A stretch of 32,000 bases of DNA, from contig LT962688.1 in assembly GCA_900234795.1 (NCBI GenBank), positions 210,001 through 242,000 of the forward strand, given 5' to 3'. The DNA is from Methylorubrum extorquens. GTDB taxonomy: Bacteria; Pseudomonadota; Alphaproteobacteria; Rhizobiales; Beijerinckiaceae. The first letter of the stretch is position 1; each line of letters starts with the position of its first letter. Positions 1 through 8,788 of the stretch are shown one piece after another. The notes under the pieces were generated by a model. The model was given only the letters and a program-made list of their open reading frames with translations, searched no databases and was not told where the DNA came from. The translations under genes and the position numbers were made by a program.

Positions 1-1
1 T

Positions 2-1187
2 GGCACGGGCGCCTACGGAAGCACCGGGTCCATGCCCGGCATAGGATCCGCGGGGGGCATGTCCCCCATGGGCGGCATGGACGGAACCGGGGGCCTGCCC
101 GCAGCGTACGGCGCCGCGCCGGCCGCCTACGGTGGCGGCTACGGTGCCGAGACGGGCATGGCGGGGGTACGGCGGGGCCTACGGCGCCCGCCGCGACGCC
201 ATCGGCGTCGTCGCCGACGAGGCCAACAGCAGCCTCGTGATCTCGGCTACCCGCAACCAGTACGACAAGATCCTGCGCATCCTCGGCCGGCTCGACGCGA
301 TGCCGACGCAGGTTCTGCTCGAGACCGTAATCGCGGAGGTGACGCTCAACAACGAGCTTCAGTTCGGCGCGCAGTGGTTCCTCAAGAACAGCGGTTCGCG
401 CTTCAACCTGGCCCAGGCGGACACCAACCGCAGCGTCGCCCAGGGTACGAGCGGCACGGATGCGCTGATCAAGGCCGCCGCGCGGGGCGTGCCGGGCTTC
501 AACTACCTGCTCAACGCCTCCGACTTCAACGTCGTGCTCAACGCCCTGCAGGGCGTGACGCGTGTCAACGTCATCTCCTCGCCCAACATCACCGTGCTCG
601 ACAACCGCACCGCCAAGCTCCAAGTCGGCGATCAGGTGCCGATCGTGCGTCAGAGCGGCCAGAGCGCGTTCGCGGCGGGTGCGCCGATCCTCAACCAGAT
701 CGAGATGAAAGATACCGGCGTGATCCTGTCGGTGACGCCGCGGGTGAACAAGAACGGCCTCGTGGTGCTCGACATCAACCAGGAGGTCAGCGACGTCGTG
801 AAGACCACGACCTCGGAGATCAACTCGCCGACCATCCGTCAGCGCCGGGTCGCGACCAGCGTGGCGGTGAATGACGGCCACAGCCTCGCCATCGGCGGCA
901 TGGTGCAGGAGAAGGCACAGATCACCAACGAGAGCGTGCCCCTCCTGGGCGATTTGCCGATCGTCGGACCCGCCTTCCGCAACCGCATCGACGGGCGCGT
1001 GCGCACGGAGTTGATCGTGTTCATCCGGCCGAAGGTGATCCGCGGCACCGTCGAGGCCGACCGCATCGCCGAGGATTTCCGCCAGCAATTCCGGGCGATG
1101 ATGCCGATCCGCCCGGTGCCGGCACCCCTGCCGATGGCCGCCATGCCGATCGGGCCGGACGGCGTGCTGCGCCGGATGATCGACTGA
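2..1187 (+). CDS. gspD: Type II secretion system secretin (GspD family), C-terminal part. The 5' end lies outside the window, and the reading frame appears to switch at the G5 run 163-167.
   Basis: ORF 132..1187 carries secretin-domain blocks (VLLETVIAEVTLNNELQFG, NVISSPNITVLDNRTAKLQVGDQVPIV, VPLLGDLPIVGPAFRN, ELIVFIRPKVIR). Frame 3 is closed by TAG at 42-44. Frame 2 (nt 2 to about 165) encodes a Gly/Tyr/Met-rich linker (..AAYGGGYGAETGMAG) that continues seamlessly as YGGAYGARRDAIGVV in frame 3. Confidence 0.8.
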
Positions 1188-1324
1188 TCCGCTCAGGCGT
1201 TCAGCCCGCCCAAGCGGTGAACGACCACGCGCTTCAAAGCCGCCAAGCCTAACGCGTCAGAGGGCCCGACCGGCGAAGGACGACCCTGGAGGGAGACACA
1301 ACGCGCCCGCGGATCGCATCGCGC

Positions 1325-2248
1325 TCATCGTCCCCCGATCCATTCAATGACGCCGGAGGCCGAGCGGAATTCTTCGAGGGCATGGACCCGCGCCTCGGGG
1401 AGCGCATTACGGGCCATGGTCGCGAGGGCATGGCCGGGGCCGAGTTCCAGCACGGTGTCGCAGCCGTACTCCCGGCAGGCGTCCAGGCAGGCCGCCCAGT
1501 CGATGGTGTGCGAGATCTGGCGCGCGAGCTTCGAGAGCCCCGCTCGGACGTCAAAGACGGGCGCGCCGTCCAGACCGCTGATCAGCCGGGGAGCGCCCGG
1601 CGGGGGGCGCAGGGGTTGCACCTCGGCGAGAGCCGCTTCGAAGCGCTGGCTGGCCTCGCGCAGCAGGGGCGTATGCGAAGGGGTGCGCACCTGCAGAACC
1701 ACAGCGCGCAGCGCACCGGCCGCCAGCGCCTCGACGCAGAGTGTTTCGAGCGCCGGGCTCGGGCCGCCTATGACGGCGCTGTCGCTGGCGTTGCGGATGG
1801 CGAGTTCGCAGCCCTGCGCCGCCGCCAGGGTCTCGATCGCCGCGATCGGCAACCCGCGGATGCCGGCGAGGCCGGCGCCGTCACCGGCGGCCGCATCCAT
1901 GGCCTCGGCGCGCGTCGCGGCCAGGCGCAGGATCGTCTCGGCGTCGAAGCGGCCGGCGCAGCCCCAGGCGGCAAGATCGCCGATGCTGTAGCCGGCGACG
2001 ATCGTGCGGGCGGGGTACGCCGCCTGCACGAGGGTCCAGCCCGCCAGCGCGGCGACGCAGCAGAGGATCTGCCCGGTGCGGTTGCCATGCAGGTCCGCCC
2101 CCGGCGTGCGGACGAGTGCCCGCGGGTCTTGTCCGAGGACGCGTTCGGCCGCCGCGAAGACCGGCGCGGCGGCGGGCCAATCCGCAGTGAGGTCGAACAT
2201 CCCCGGATGCTGGCCGCCCTGCCCGGAAAGGAGCACCGCGAGCGTCAC
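1325..2248 (-). CDS. mdcH: Malonyl-CoA:ACP transacylase of malonate decarboxylase (epsilon subunit)
   Basis: 307-aa ORF with the FabD/MdcH-type N-terminus LLSGQGGQHPGM and the nucleophile motif GYSIGD. It is the last gene of the mdc operon, and its ATG overlaps the mdcB stop by 4 nt. Confidence 0.85.
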   Translation of the reverse strand: MTLAVLLSGQGGQHPGMFDLTADWPAAAPVFAAAERVLGQDPRALVRTPGADLHGNRTGQILCCVAALAGWTLVQAAYPARTIVAGYSIGDLAAWGCAGRFDAETILRLAATRAEAMDAAAGDGAGLAGIRGLPIAAIETLAAAQGCELAIRNASDSAVIGGPSPALETLCVEALAAGALRAVVLQVRTPSHTPLLREASQRFEAALAEVQPLRPPPGAPRLISGLDGAPVFDVRAGLSKLARQISHTIDWAACLDACREYGCDTVLELGPGHALATMARNALPEARVHALEEFRSASGVIEWIGGR

Positions 2249-3105
2249 GCGGACGCCTCGACGCTTTCCACGAACAGCGTCATCGCGAGCAGGTCGGCGG
2301 CGCCGCCGGGGCTGAGGTTACGGGTGACGAAGGCGCGATGCAGCGCCTCGGCGCGCGCGCGCCAGCGGGGCTGCGCCACGCCGCCCTCGATGAGGAACCG
2401 CGCGGCCTCGCCACGCGCGAAGGCAAAGCCCTCCGTCCCGCCGCGATGCAGCAGGTTCGTATCCTCGACATGCGCGATCAGGGCGAGGCAGGCTTCGACG
2501 CGCGCGGCCTCCGCATCACCCGGATGGCACTGCCGGCCGCGGCGCAGGGCGGGCAGGGCGACCCGGTAGAGGCTAGGAAAGCCGGCGGCGGCCTCTGCCG
2601 GTGCGCCACCGACGCCGTGGCGGCGGCGTGCCCGCGCGCCGGGCGCGTGGAGCAGCACCGGCCCGTCGAGGATTGCTGCACCGTAGCGGTCCCGGACGAG
2701 GGCGCCGAGCGCTCCGGCCCCCGGGCGCTTCAGGGCGCCGGCCGCGGCGCAGAGCAGGCCGAGCCCGAAGATGGCGCCGCGATGGGTGTTCACGCCGCCG
2801 GTCGCCGCCCGCATCGCCGCCTCGGCCTCAAGGCCGATGCGGCGCAGAGCCGGCATCGACGCACCCGCCGCACCGGCGAGTGCGAGGGCGCGGAAGAAGG
2901 GCATGATCGCACCTGTGCTCACCCGGAAGGTGTCCGCATCCATGTCGGCATGGCTGCCGCGATCGACATGGCTGACGAGGCCCGGCTTCGGGTAGGTCTC
3001 AAGTTCGAGCCGCAACGCCGTCGCCGCGGACCGCGCGATCGCATCCGCCGCTGGGCCCCGATCATCCCTGGGGGAAAGCGCTCGAAGCGCAGCGAGCGGG
3101 CTCAT
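2245..3105 (-). CDS. mdcB: Triphosphoribosyl-dephospho-CoA synthase (CitG/MdcB family)
   Basis: 286-aa ORF with the block ELETYPKPGLVSHVDRGSHADMD typical of CitG/MdcB. It sits between mdcG and mdcH with 4-nt overlaps on both sides. Confidence 0.85.
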   Translation of the reverse strand: MSPLAALRALSPRDDRGPAADAIARSAATALRLELETYPKPGLVSHVDRGSHADMDADTFRVSTGAIMPFFRALALAGAAGASMPALRRIGLEAEAAMRAATGGVNTHRGAIFGLGLLCAAAGALKRPGAGALGALVRDRYGAAILDGPVLLHAPGARARRRHGVGGAPAEAAAGFPSLYRVALPALRRGRQCHPGDAEAARVEACLALIAHVEDTNLLHRGGTEGFAFARGEAARFLIEGGVAQPRWRARAEALHRAFVTRNLSPGGAADLLAMTLFVESVEASA

Positions 3106-3761
3106 TCGGGATCTCCCGCGAGAAGGGCGGCGGCCTCGCGGAGGGCGAGGCGGTCGCAGTGCTTGACCAGCACCGTTCCGCCGGGGCCGGCGCCGTGCAG
3201 TTCGCGCCAGTTCACGCCGCCCCCGTCGGACAGCAGGATCTCACCATCGAGGCGCATCGGCGCCCGCGCCTCGATCGCGGCGATGCCCTCCATCAGCCGA
3301 GGCGGAACCGCGCCAGGAACCGGCCAGAGCAGATCGAGGTCCGACCCCTCGGACAGGTAGGGGAGGCCGGTCAGGCTCTGCCAGAGCAGGCTTCCGAAGG
3401 GACGCGGCGCGAGGCCATGGCGCTCGCCGAGGGCGATCATCGCTTCGAGCGTCGCCGCCCAGGAGGGCGGGCATGCAGCGCGCGCCTCGGACAGGAGGAC
3501 GGGCGCGCGTGGCCGGACCGCGTCCGGCGGGAGGGCGAGGCCGATGCGGCGCTTTCCGTCGCGGGGCGGCAGGGGCAGGCCGACCGGCACGAGGCCCGCA
3601 TCCTCTCCCGGATGCGAGCGGCGCAGGATGACCGGCCGGCCGTCATCCACCCACGCCGCGACGTGCGGCACCTCTGCGAGATCCGCCCGCGCGGTCACGG
3701 CAGCGGCCCAGGCTACCGGCTCGACGTCGAGGAGGTCGTGGCGCCGGTGCGCCTCAGCCAA
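3102..3761 (-). CDS. mdcG: Malonate decarboxylase holo-ACP synthase (phosphoribosyl-dephospho-CoA transferase)
   Basis: The ORF frame is 3102..3824. It has an MdcG-like C-terminal half (FGSLLWQSLTGLPYLSEGSDLDLLW). I prefer the TTG start at 3761, which lies 6 nt downstream of a GGGAGG Shine-Dalgarno (minus-strand reading of 3768-3773) and overlaps the mdcE stop by 8 nt. The ATG at 3824 would overlap mdcE by 71 nt. Confidence 0.8.
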   Translation of the reverse strand: MAEAHRRHDLLDVEPVAWAAAVTARADLAEVPHVAAWVDDGRPVILRRSHPGEDAGLVPVGLPLPPRDGKRRIGLALPPDAVRPRAPVLLSEARAACPPSWAATLEAMIALGERHGLAPRPFGSLLWQSLTGLPYLSEGSDLDLLWPVPGAVPPRLMEGIAAIEARAPMRLDGEILLSDGGGVNWRELHGAGPGGTVLVKHCDRLALREAAALLAGDPE

Positions 3762-4470
3762 AAGCGGCCTCCCGCACCACCTGCGCGGCGATCGCCTCGG
3801 CCACCGGTCGTCCGCCGCGCTCATGCCCGGCCCGGTCGCGGGTATCCTCGGCGGGCAGCGCGTCGATCACGGAGGCGATCTGCTCTGCCAGCGGCCGCTC
3901 GGGGTCAAGCACCGACTGCACCGCGCCGGTGCGCACCATGTTGTCGAGGCCCGGCGCGAAGACGGGCGTGTCCTTCGCCATCGCCTCCAGCCGGTCGAGC
4001 GGCAGCTTGGTGACGCGGGCGACGGAGGGCAGGTCCATCACGCTCGGGTTCGCCCCCGGCAGGCCGACGAGGACGCGGGTGGCGAGCGCCGTGGCGATGA
4101 AGGCGCCCGCGGCCGAGTGGCCGTAGATCAGCCCGACGGTGGGGTGGCCGTGGGCGTCGGCGAGCAGCAGCGTCTTGGCGAGGTGAGCGAGGTACTCGTT
4201 GAGGCCGAGCAATTCGTCGCGCCGGCTCATGCGCTGGCTGTCGGAATCGATCGCCACGAGGATCGGGGTGGCACCGCCCCGGCGCACCACGTCGAGGACG
4301 TGGCCCGCGAGCCGGCAGGCGCCGTCGACGCCGAGCGCCGTGTCGCCGTCGATGCCGATCACCGCCAGCCGGCCGCCGCGGAACGGGCCTTCGCCGTTCA
4401 CGAGTCCGTCCGCGACGGTCACGGAATGACCCTCCGGAAACAGCGAGGCCAGGATCTCAGCGAGCGTCAT
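3754..4470 (-). CDS. mdcE: Malonate decarboxylase gamma subunit (carboxyltransferase component)
   Basis: 238-aa ORF with an MTLAEILASLFPEGHSV.. N-terminus and a crotonase/carboxyltransferase-like fold typical of MdcE. It is positioned after mdcD and overlaps the mdcD stop by 14 nt. Confidence 0.85.
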   Translation of the reverse strand: MTLAEILASLFPEGHSVTVADGLVNGEGPFRGGRLAVIGIDGDTALGVDGACRLAGHVLDVVRRGGATPILVAIDSDSQRMSRRDELLGLNEYLAHLAKTLLLADAHGHPTVGLIYGHSAAGAFIATALATRVLVGLPGANPSVMDLPSVARVTKLPLDRLEAMAKDTPVFAPGLDNMVRTGAVQSVLDPERPLAEQIASVIDALPAEDTRDRAGHERGGRPVAEAIAAQVVREAAFG

Positions 4471-5389
4471 GGGTCGTCTCTCCCAGGCTGGCGAGCAGGG
4501 TGTCGAATGCGGCCGTAGTCAGGGCCGGCACCGCCTCCGGATCGTTCACCCCGAGCCGCGCCCAGATCTCGGTCCCGTCGCGGCAGTCGCCGAAGCGCGT
4601 GAGGCGCTGTTCCAACCGCGCCTGCTCCGCCTCCAGCGTGGCGAGGTCGAAGGCCGGGGCGCGCCCGATCTGGTCCAGGGCCGCTTGGCGGAAGGCCGCG
4701 ACGGTGTCGTCGGCATAGGCGTCGGCGCCGCCGGTGAGGCGGCGGTGCTTGCCGCCCATGGTGCGCCAGACGAGGGCACGGTCGCGGGAATCGAATTCCT
4801 CCGCCCCCTTATTCGTCTCGATCACCTCCGGCCCCGAGACCGAGATGCGCCCGCCCTCGGAAACGACGAGCCGCGAGCAGGTGCCCGCGATCAGGCCGCC
4901 GCCGCCATAGGCCCCGGCGCGGCCGCCGATCAGTCCGATCACCGGCACGCCGGCCGCGCGCAATTTCGTGATCGCGCGCATCACCTCGGCGATGGCGGTC
5001 TCGCCGGCATTGGCCTCCTGCAGGCGCACGCCGCCCGTATCGAACAGGATCAGCACGGCGTCCGGCTTCAGCGCCAGGGCGGCGCGCAGCAGGCCGATCA
5101 GCTTGGCGCCGTGCACTTCGCCGAAGGCGCCGCCCATGAAGCGGCCCTCCTGCGCGGCGACGAGGACGGGTTTGCCGTCGAGGCGGCCCGAGCCGACGAT
5201 CATGCCGTCATCGAAGGCGCGCGGCAGGTCGAACAGCGGCAGGTGCGGGCTCATCTGGCGCTGCTCGGGGCCGATGACTTCGCGAAAACTGCCCGCATCC
5301 AGCAGGCCGTCGAGCCGTGCGCGGGCGCTCGCCTCGTACCAGCTCGTCGCCCAGCCCTTGGCCGCTGGGTCGATGATCCGTTCGCTCAT
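4457..5389 (-). CDS. mdcD: Malonate decarboxylase beta subunit (carboxyltransferase component)
   Basis: 310-aa ORF with acetyl-CoA-carboxylase-beta-like blocks (GSGRLDGKPVLVAAQEGRFMGGAFGEVHGAK, LFDTGGVRLQEANAGE). It lies directly downstream of mdcC. Confidence 0.9.
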   Translation of the reverse strand: MSERIIDPAAKGWATSWYEASARARLDGLLDAGSFREVIGPEQRQMSPHLPLFDLPRAFDDGMIVGSGRLDGKPVLVAAQEGRFMGGAFGEVHGAKLIGLLRAALALKPDAVLILFDTGGVRLQEANAGETAIAEVMRAITKLRAAGVPVIGLIGGRAGAYGGGGLIAGTCSRLVVSEGGRISVSGPEVIETNKGAEEFDSRDRALVWRTMGGKHRRLTGGADAYADDTVAAFRQAALDQIGRAPAFDLATLEAEQARLEQRLTRFGDCRDGTEIWARLGVNDPEAVPALTTAAFDTLLASLGETTHDAR

Positions 5390-5391
5390 CG

Positions 5392-5700
5392 TCAGACCTC
5401 CATCAGCCGGGCGCCCTGGAGCAGGCGTAGGGACACGGTGTCGGGGCGCGCGCCGCCGTCATTGATCGTGATGCGCAGGCCGCCGGGCTGGCTGCGGGCG
5501 ACGAAGTCGGCGACCACCGCCGCCCAGACCTCGCCGTAGCCGCGGATTGGCGTCTCGATCTCGACGGTGCACTCGGTCGGGGCAAGCGCGCGTTCCAGCA
5601 GCACTTCGAGGTTGCCAGAGGCGACGACCCCCGTGATGGCCTGGGCCTTCGCGCCGGCCAGGGCCCGCTGCGTCGTGTGTCGGAAGCTCAGCTTTTCCAT
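5392..5700 (-). CDS. mdcC: Malonate decarboxylase acyl carrier protein (delta subunit)
   Basis: The 163-aa ORF 5392..5883 runs into mdcA. The ATG at 5700 (MEKLSFRH..) gives a 102-aa product of the expected size with the prosthetic-group serine motif VASGNLEVL. Confidence 0.85.
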   Translation of the reverse strand: MEKLSFRHTTQRALAGAKAQAITGVVASGNLEVLLERALAPTECTVEIETPIRGYGEVWAAVVADFVARSQPGGLRITINDGGARPDTVSLRLLQGARLMEV

Positions 5701-5707
5701 CGCGGCC

Positions 5708-7354
5708 TCACCAGTTCCGGAACTTCGCCGGCGGCTCGTAGAGCCCGCCGGACCAGTGCACGAGATCCTTGATCGACCGCGCCGCGAGCAGGGAGCGGTC
5801 GGCATCGAGGGGTTCGATGCAGAGATCCTCCGGACGGCGCACGATGCCGCGCTGGCGCAGACGCTCGACCATGGCCCGGTCACGCCCGCGGCCGATCTCG
5901 GTGTAGCCGGCCACCCCGCGGATCGCCTGCTCGCGCTCGTCGGCGGTGCGGCAGAGCAGGAGGTTGGCGATGCCTTCCTCGGTGACGATGTGAGTGACGT
6001 CGTCGGCGTAGACCATCACCGGCGCGAGTTCGAGGCCGATCTTGCGCGCCAGTTCGAGCGCGTCGAGCCGTTCGACGAAGGCCGGCACCAACCCCTCGCC
6101 GAAGGTTTCGACGATCTGCACCACGAGCTTGCGCCCGCGCATCAGGGCGGGATCGCCGGTGACTTGCGCCTCGCGCCCCGCCTTCATCCAGGTGTCGGAG
6201 GGGTGGCGCCGCCCGTGCGGGTCCGAGCCCATGTTCGGCGCGCCGCCAAAGCCCGCCACGCGGTTCTGCGTCACCGTCGAGGAATGGCCGACTAGGTCGA
6301 TCTGCAGGGTCGAGCCGATGAACAGGTCGCAGGCGTAGAGACCGGCCGTCTGACAGAAGGCCCGGTTCGAGCGGAGCGAACCGTCGGCGCCGGTGAAGAA
6401 GATGTCGGAGCGCTCGCGAATGTAGCGGTCCATGCCGACTTCGGAGCCGAAGCAATGAACCTGTTTCACCCAGCCCGATTCGATCGCCGGGATCAGGGTC
6501 GGATGCGGGTTGAGCGCCCAGTGGGTGGCGATCTGACCTTTCAGGCCGAGCCGCTCGGCATAGGTCGGCAGCAGCAATTCGATCGCCGCCGTGCCGAAGC
6601 CGATGCCGTGGTTGAGCCGGCGGATGCCGTACTCGGCATAGATCCCCTTGATCGCCATCATGGCCATCAGGATCTGCGTCTCCGTCATCGCCGCCGGATC
6701 ACGGGTGAACAGCGGCTCGACGTAGAACGGCCTGTCGGCCTCGACCACGAAGTCGATCCGGTCGCCGGGGATGTCGACGCGGGGTACGCGATCGACGATC
6801 TCGTTGACCTGCGCCACCACGACGCCGTTCTTGAAGGCGGTCGCCTCCACCACCGTCGGCGTGTCCTCGGTGTTCGGCCCGGTATAGAGGTTGCCGTCCC
6901 GGTCGGCCGAGACGCCGGCGATCAGCGCCACGTTCGGGGTCAGATCGACGAAGTAGCGGGCGAACAGCTCGAGATAGGTGTGCACCGCCCCGAGCTCGAT
7001 CTGACCGCCATAGAGCATGCGGGCGATGCGCGCGCCCTGCGGCCCTGAATAAGAATAGTCGAGGCGCCGCGCGATCCCCTGCTCGAAGATGTCGAGATGC
7101 TCGGGCAGCACGATGCCGGACTGGACCATGTGCAGGTCGTGCACGCGGGCGGGGTCGCACTGGCTCAAGCCACGCGCGAGGCAATCCGCCTGCTTCTGGT
7201 TGTCGCCCTCCAGACAGACCCGGTCGCCGGGCTGAAGGATCGCCTCCAGGAGAGCGACCACGTCGGCCGCCGTCACGACCTTGCCCGCGGCATGGGCCCG
7301 GCCTGCCTCGATCCGCGCATCGCGGGCCGCCCGTTCTCGACCCCAACCGCTCAT
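5708..7354 (-). CDS. mdcA: Malonate decarboxylase alpha subunit (acetyl-ACP:malonate ACP transferase)
   Basis: Long ORF 5708..7411. The ATG at 7354 (MSGWGRERAARD..) is preceded by GGGAG and gives 548 aa, the size expected for MdcA. It is the CoA-transferase-like first gene of the operon. Confidence 0.9.
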   Translation of the reverse strand: MSGWGRERAARDARIEAGRAHAAGKVVTAADVVALLEAILQPGDRVCLEGDNQKQADCLARGLSQCDPARVHDLHMVQSGIVLPEHLDIFEQGIARRLDYSYSGPQGARIARMLYGGQIELGAVHTYLELFARYFVDLTPNVALIAGVSADRDGNLYTGPNTEDTPTVVEATAFKNGVVVAQVNEIVDRVPRVDIPGDRIDFVVEADRPFYVEPLFTRDPAAMTETQILMAMMAIKGIYAEYGIRRLNHGIGFGTAAIELLLPTYAERLGLKGQIATHWALNPHPTLIPAIESGWVKQVHCFGSEVGMDRYIRERSDIFFTGADGSLRSNRAFCQTAGLYACDLFIGSTLQIDLVGHSSTVTQNRVAGFGGAPNMGSDPHGRRHPSDTWMKAGREAQVTGDPALMRGRKLVVQIVETFGEGLVPAFVERLDALELARKIGLELAPVMVYADDVTHIVTEEGIANLLLCRTADEREQAIRGVAGYTEIGRGRDRAMVERLRQRGIVRRPEDLCIEPLDADRSLLAARSIKDLVHWSGGLYEPPAKFRNW

Positions 7355-7542
7355 CCGGTCTGCTCCCTGTGATGGCTTGGCTGCGCATACGCCGGCCGGT
7401 GCACCTACCAACGCCGTATATTGAGACCCGCCGCAATGCAGCTTTTTGTATTCTCGCTTGCGCCATTGTCAATATCTTGCATACGATAGGGTAACAAAAA
7501 CGAATCACTGAATACAGGAAGGACGCGCTGGGTGATCGCTGC

Positions 7543-7998
7543 ATGCAGCAGGCCCGCGAGAGGCCGGATACGGAGGTCGAAGCCAGTCGAACCGTCGGCG
7601 GTTCCGCGCGGGGAGGGCGCCCGATCCTGATGGGCGGGGCGATGTTGCGGGACTTCGCCATCGTTGCCACCGCCTTCGAGGTGGACGTGATCGAGGCGCG
7701 CCTCCGCGGCGCCGATTCGACCGTCATGGCGCTCTCGACCGCCACGGGTGTCACCAAGGCGGTGAGGGTGATGGTGGGGACACCCCTCGTCGCGCGGCTG
7801 ATCGGCCTCGACAACCCGCGCTCGGCGATGGCCTATGGCGGGCTGATGGGGACGGTCAGCGGTGTCGCCGGCGGACTTGCGGCCACCGATCCGAAGCTCG
7901 TGCCCTACGGCGCGTTGACCGCGGCCTTCCACACCGGCATCGGCTGCCTCGTCGGCCCGTCGCTGCTGTTCCTGATCGTACGGGCTTTGGTAGGGTGA
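7543..7998 (+). CDS. MadM-like malonate transporter subunit. It appears N-terminally truncated and internally shortened, so it may be a remnant.
   Basis: The translation contains strongly membrane-transporter-like blocks: GGAMLRDFAIVATAFEV, then KAVRVMVGTPLVARLIGLDNPRSAMAYGGLMGTVSGVAGGLAATDPKLVPYGALTAAFHTGIGCLVGPSLL. From memory I recognise these as MadM-type. Only about 2-3 hydrophobic segments are present, the N-terminal 30 aa are not membrane-like, and no MadL-sized ORF is adjacent. Confidence 0.45.
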   Translation: MQQARERPDTEVEASRTVGGSARGGRPILMGGAMLRDFAIVATAFEVDVIEARLRGADSTVMALSTATGVTKAVRVMVGTPLVARLIGLDNPRSAMAYGGLMGTVSGVAGGLAATDPKLVPYGALTAAFHTGIGCLVGPSLLFLIVRALVG

Positions 7999-8021
7999 TG
8001 CGGATGGGAGAGGGAGGCGCG

Positions 8022-8690
8022 ATGGACGCCATGGCCGAGGGCCGCGGCCTCCTCTCCGACCAGATCCGCAATGCCCTGACGGACGAGATCGCCTCCGGTG
8101 TCCTCGCGGCGGGCATCGCGCTGGACGAGCAGGATCTCGCCGACCGCTTCGGCGCCTCGCGCACCCCCGTCCGCGAAGCCCTGCGCCAGCTCGCCTCCAG
8201 CGGTCTGGTCGAGATGCGTCCCCGGCGCGGCGTCGTCGTCACCCGCATGACGCCGGAGCGGATCATGGAGATGTTCGAGACGACGGCCGAGTTCGAGGCC
8301 CTATGCGTGCGGCTCGCCACCTACCGGATGACGCCACTCGAACTCAGCGCGCTGATGGATCTGCACGAGCAATCGGCCGAGCCGGTGGCGGCACAGGACT
8401 ACGACACCTACGACGCCCTCAACCGCGCCTTCCACGAGGCCCTGTACCGCGGGACCCATAACGGCTTCATGGCCGAGCAGGCGCTCGCGATCCGCTCGCG
8501 CCTGTCGGCTTTCCGCCGGACGCAACTGCGCCAGGGCGAGCGCATCCTGCGCTCCCGCGCCGAGCACGGCGAGATCCTCCAGGCGATCGCCGAGGGCGAC
8601 GGCGATGCCGCGGCGCGGCGGATGCGGGCCCACATGCTCAACGCGGCGAGTGCCCTCGGCCGCTACGTGGCCGACCACGCGAGCGACTGA
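8022..8690 (+). CDS. GntR-family (FadR/FCD subfamily) transcriptional regulator, a candidate MdcY-like regulator of the mdc operon
   Basis: Winged-HTH block DLADRFGASRTPVREALRQLASSGLVEMRPRRGVVV followed by an all-helical FCD-like C-terminal domain. The ORF opens at 7995, but the ATG at 8022 follows GGGAGAGGGAGG. It lies divergent from mdcA. Confidence 0.85.
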   Translation: MDAMAEGRGLLSDQIRNALTDEIASGVLAAGIALDEQDLADRFGASRTPVREALRQLASSGLVEMRPRRGVVVTRMTPERIMEMFETTAEFEALCVRLATYRMTPLELSALMDLHEQSAEPVAAQDYDTYDALNRAFHEALYRGTHNGFMAEQALAIRSRLSAFRRTQLRQGERILRSRAEHGEILQAIAEGDGDAAARRMRAHMLNAASALGRYVADHASD

Positions 8691-8788
8691 GCGCCGGGAC
8701 GTTTCGCGACGTCTGCGGCCTGCGCGGTTTGCGCGCGGGCCGAAACAGTTCGCCCCGTCGCGCGTACCCCCATCGCCGCCGCATCGAC

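Noticed and set aside
32-874. 280-aa ORF in frame 2
   Set aside because: Only its first roughly 45 codons (the Gly/Tyr-rich linker) look like real secretin sequence. Beyond about nt 167 it is an Arg/Pro-rich out-of-frame shadow of gspD.
5392-5883. 163-aa version of the mdcC ORF
   Set aside because: The upstream 61 codons overlap the 3' end of mdcA out of frame and are Ser/Arg-rich. The internal ATG at 5700 gives the expected roughly 100-aa acyl carrier protein.
6364-6382. tRNA T-arm-like hairpin ggttcg-agcggag-cgaacc
   Set aside because: It lies inside the mdcA coding sequence, and no acceptor, D or anticodon arms can be built around it.
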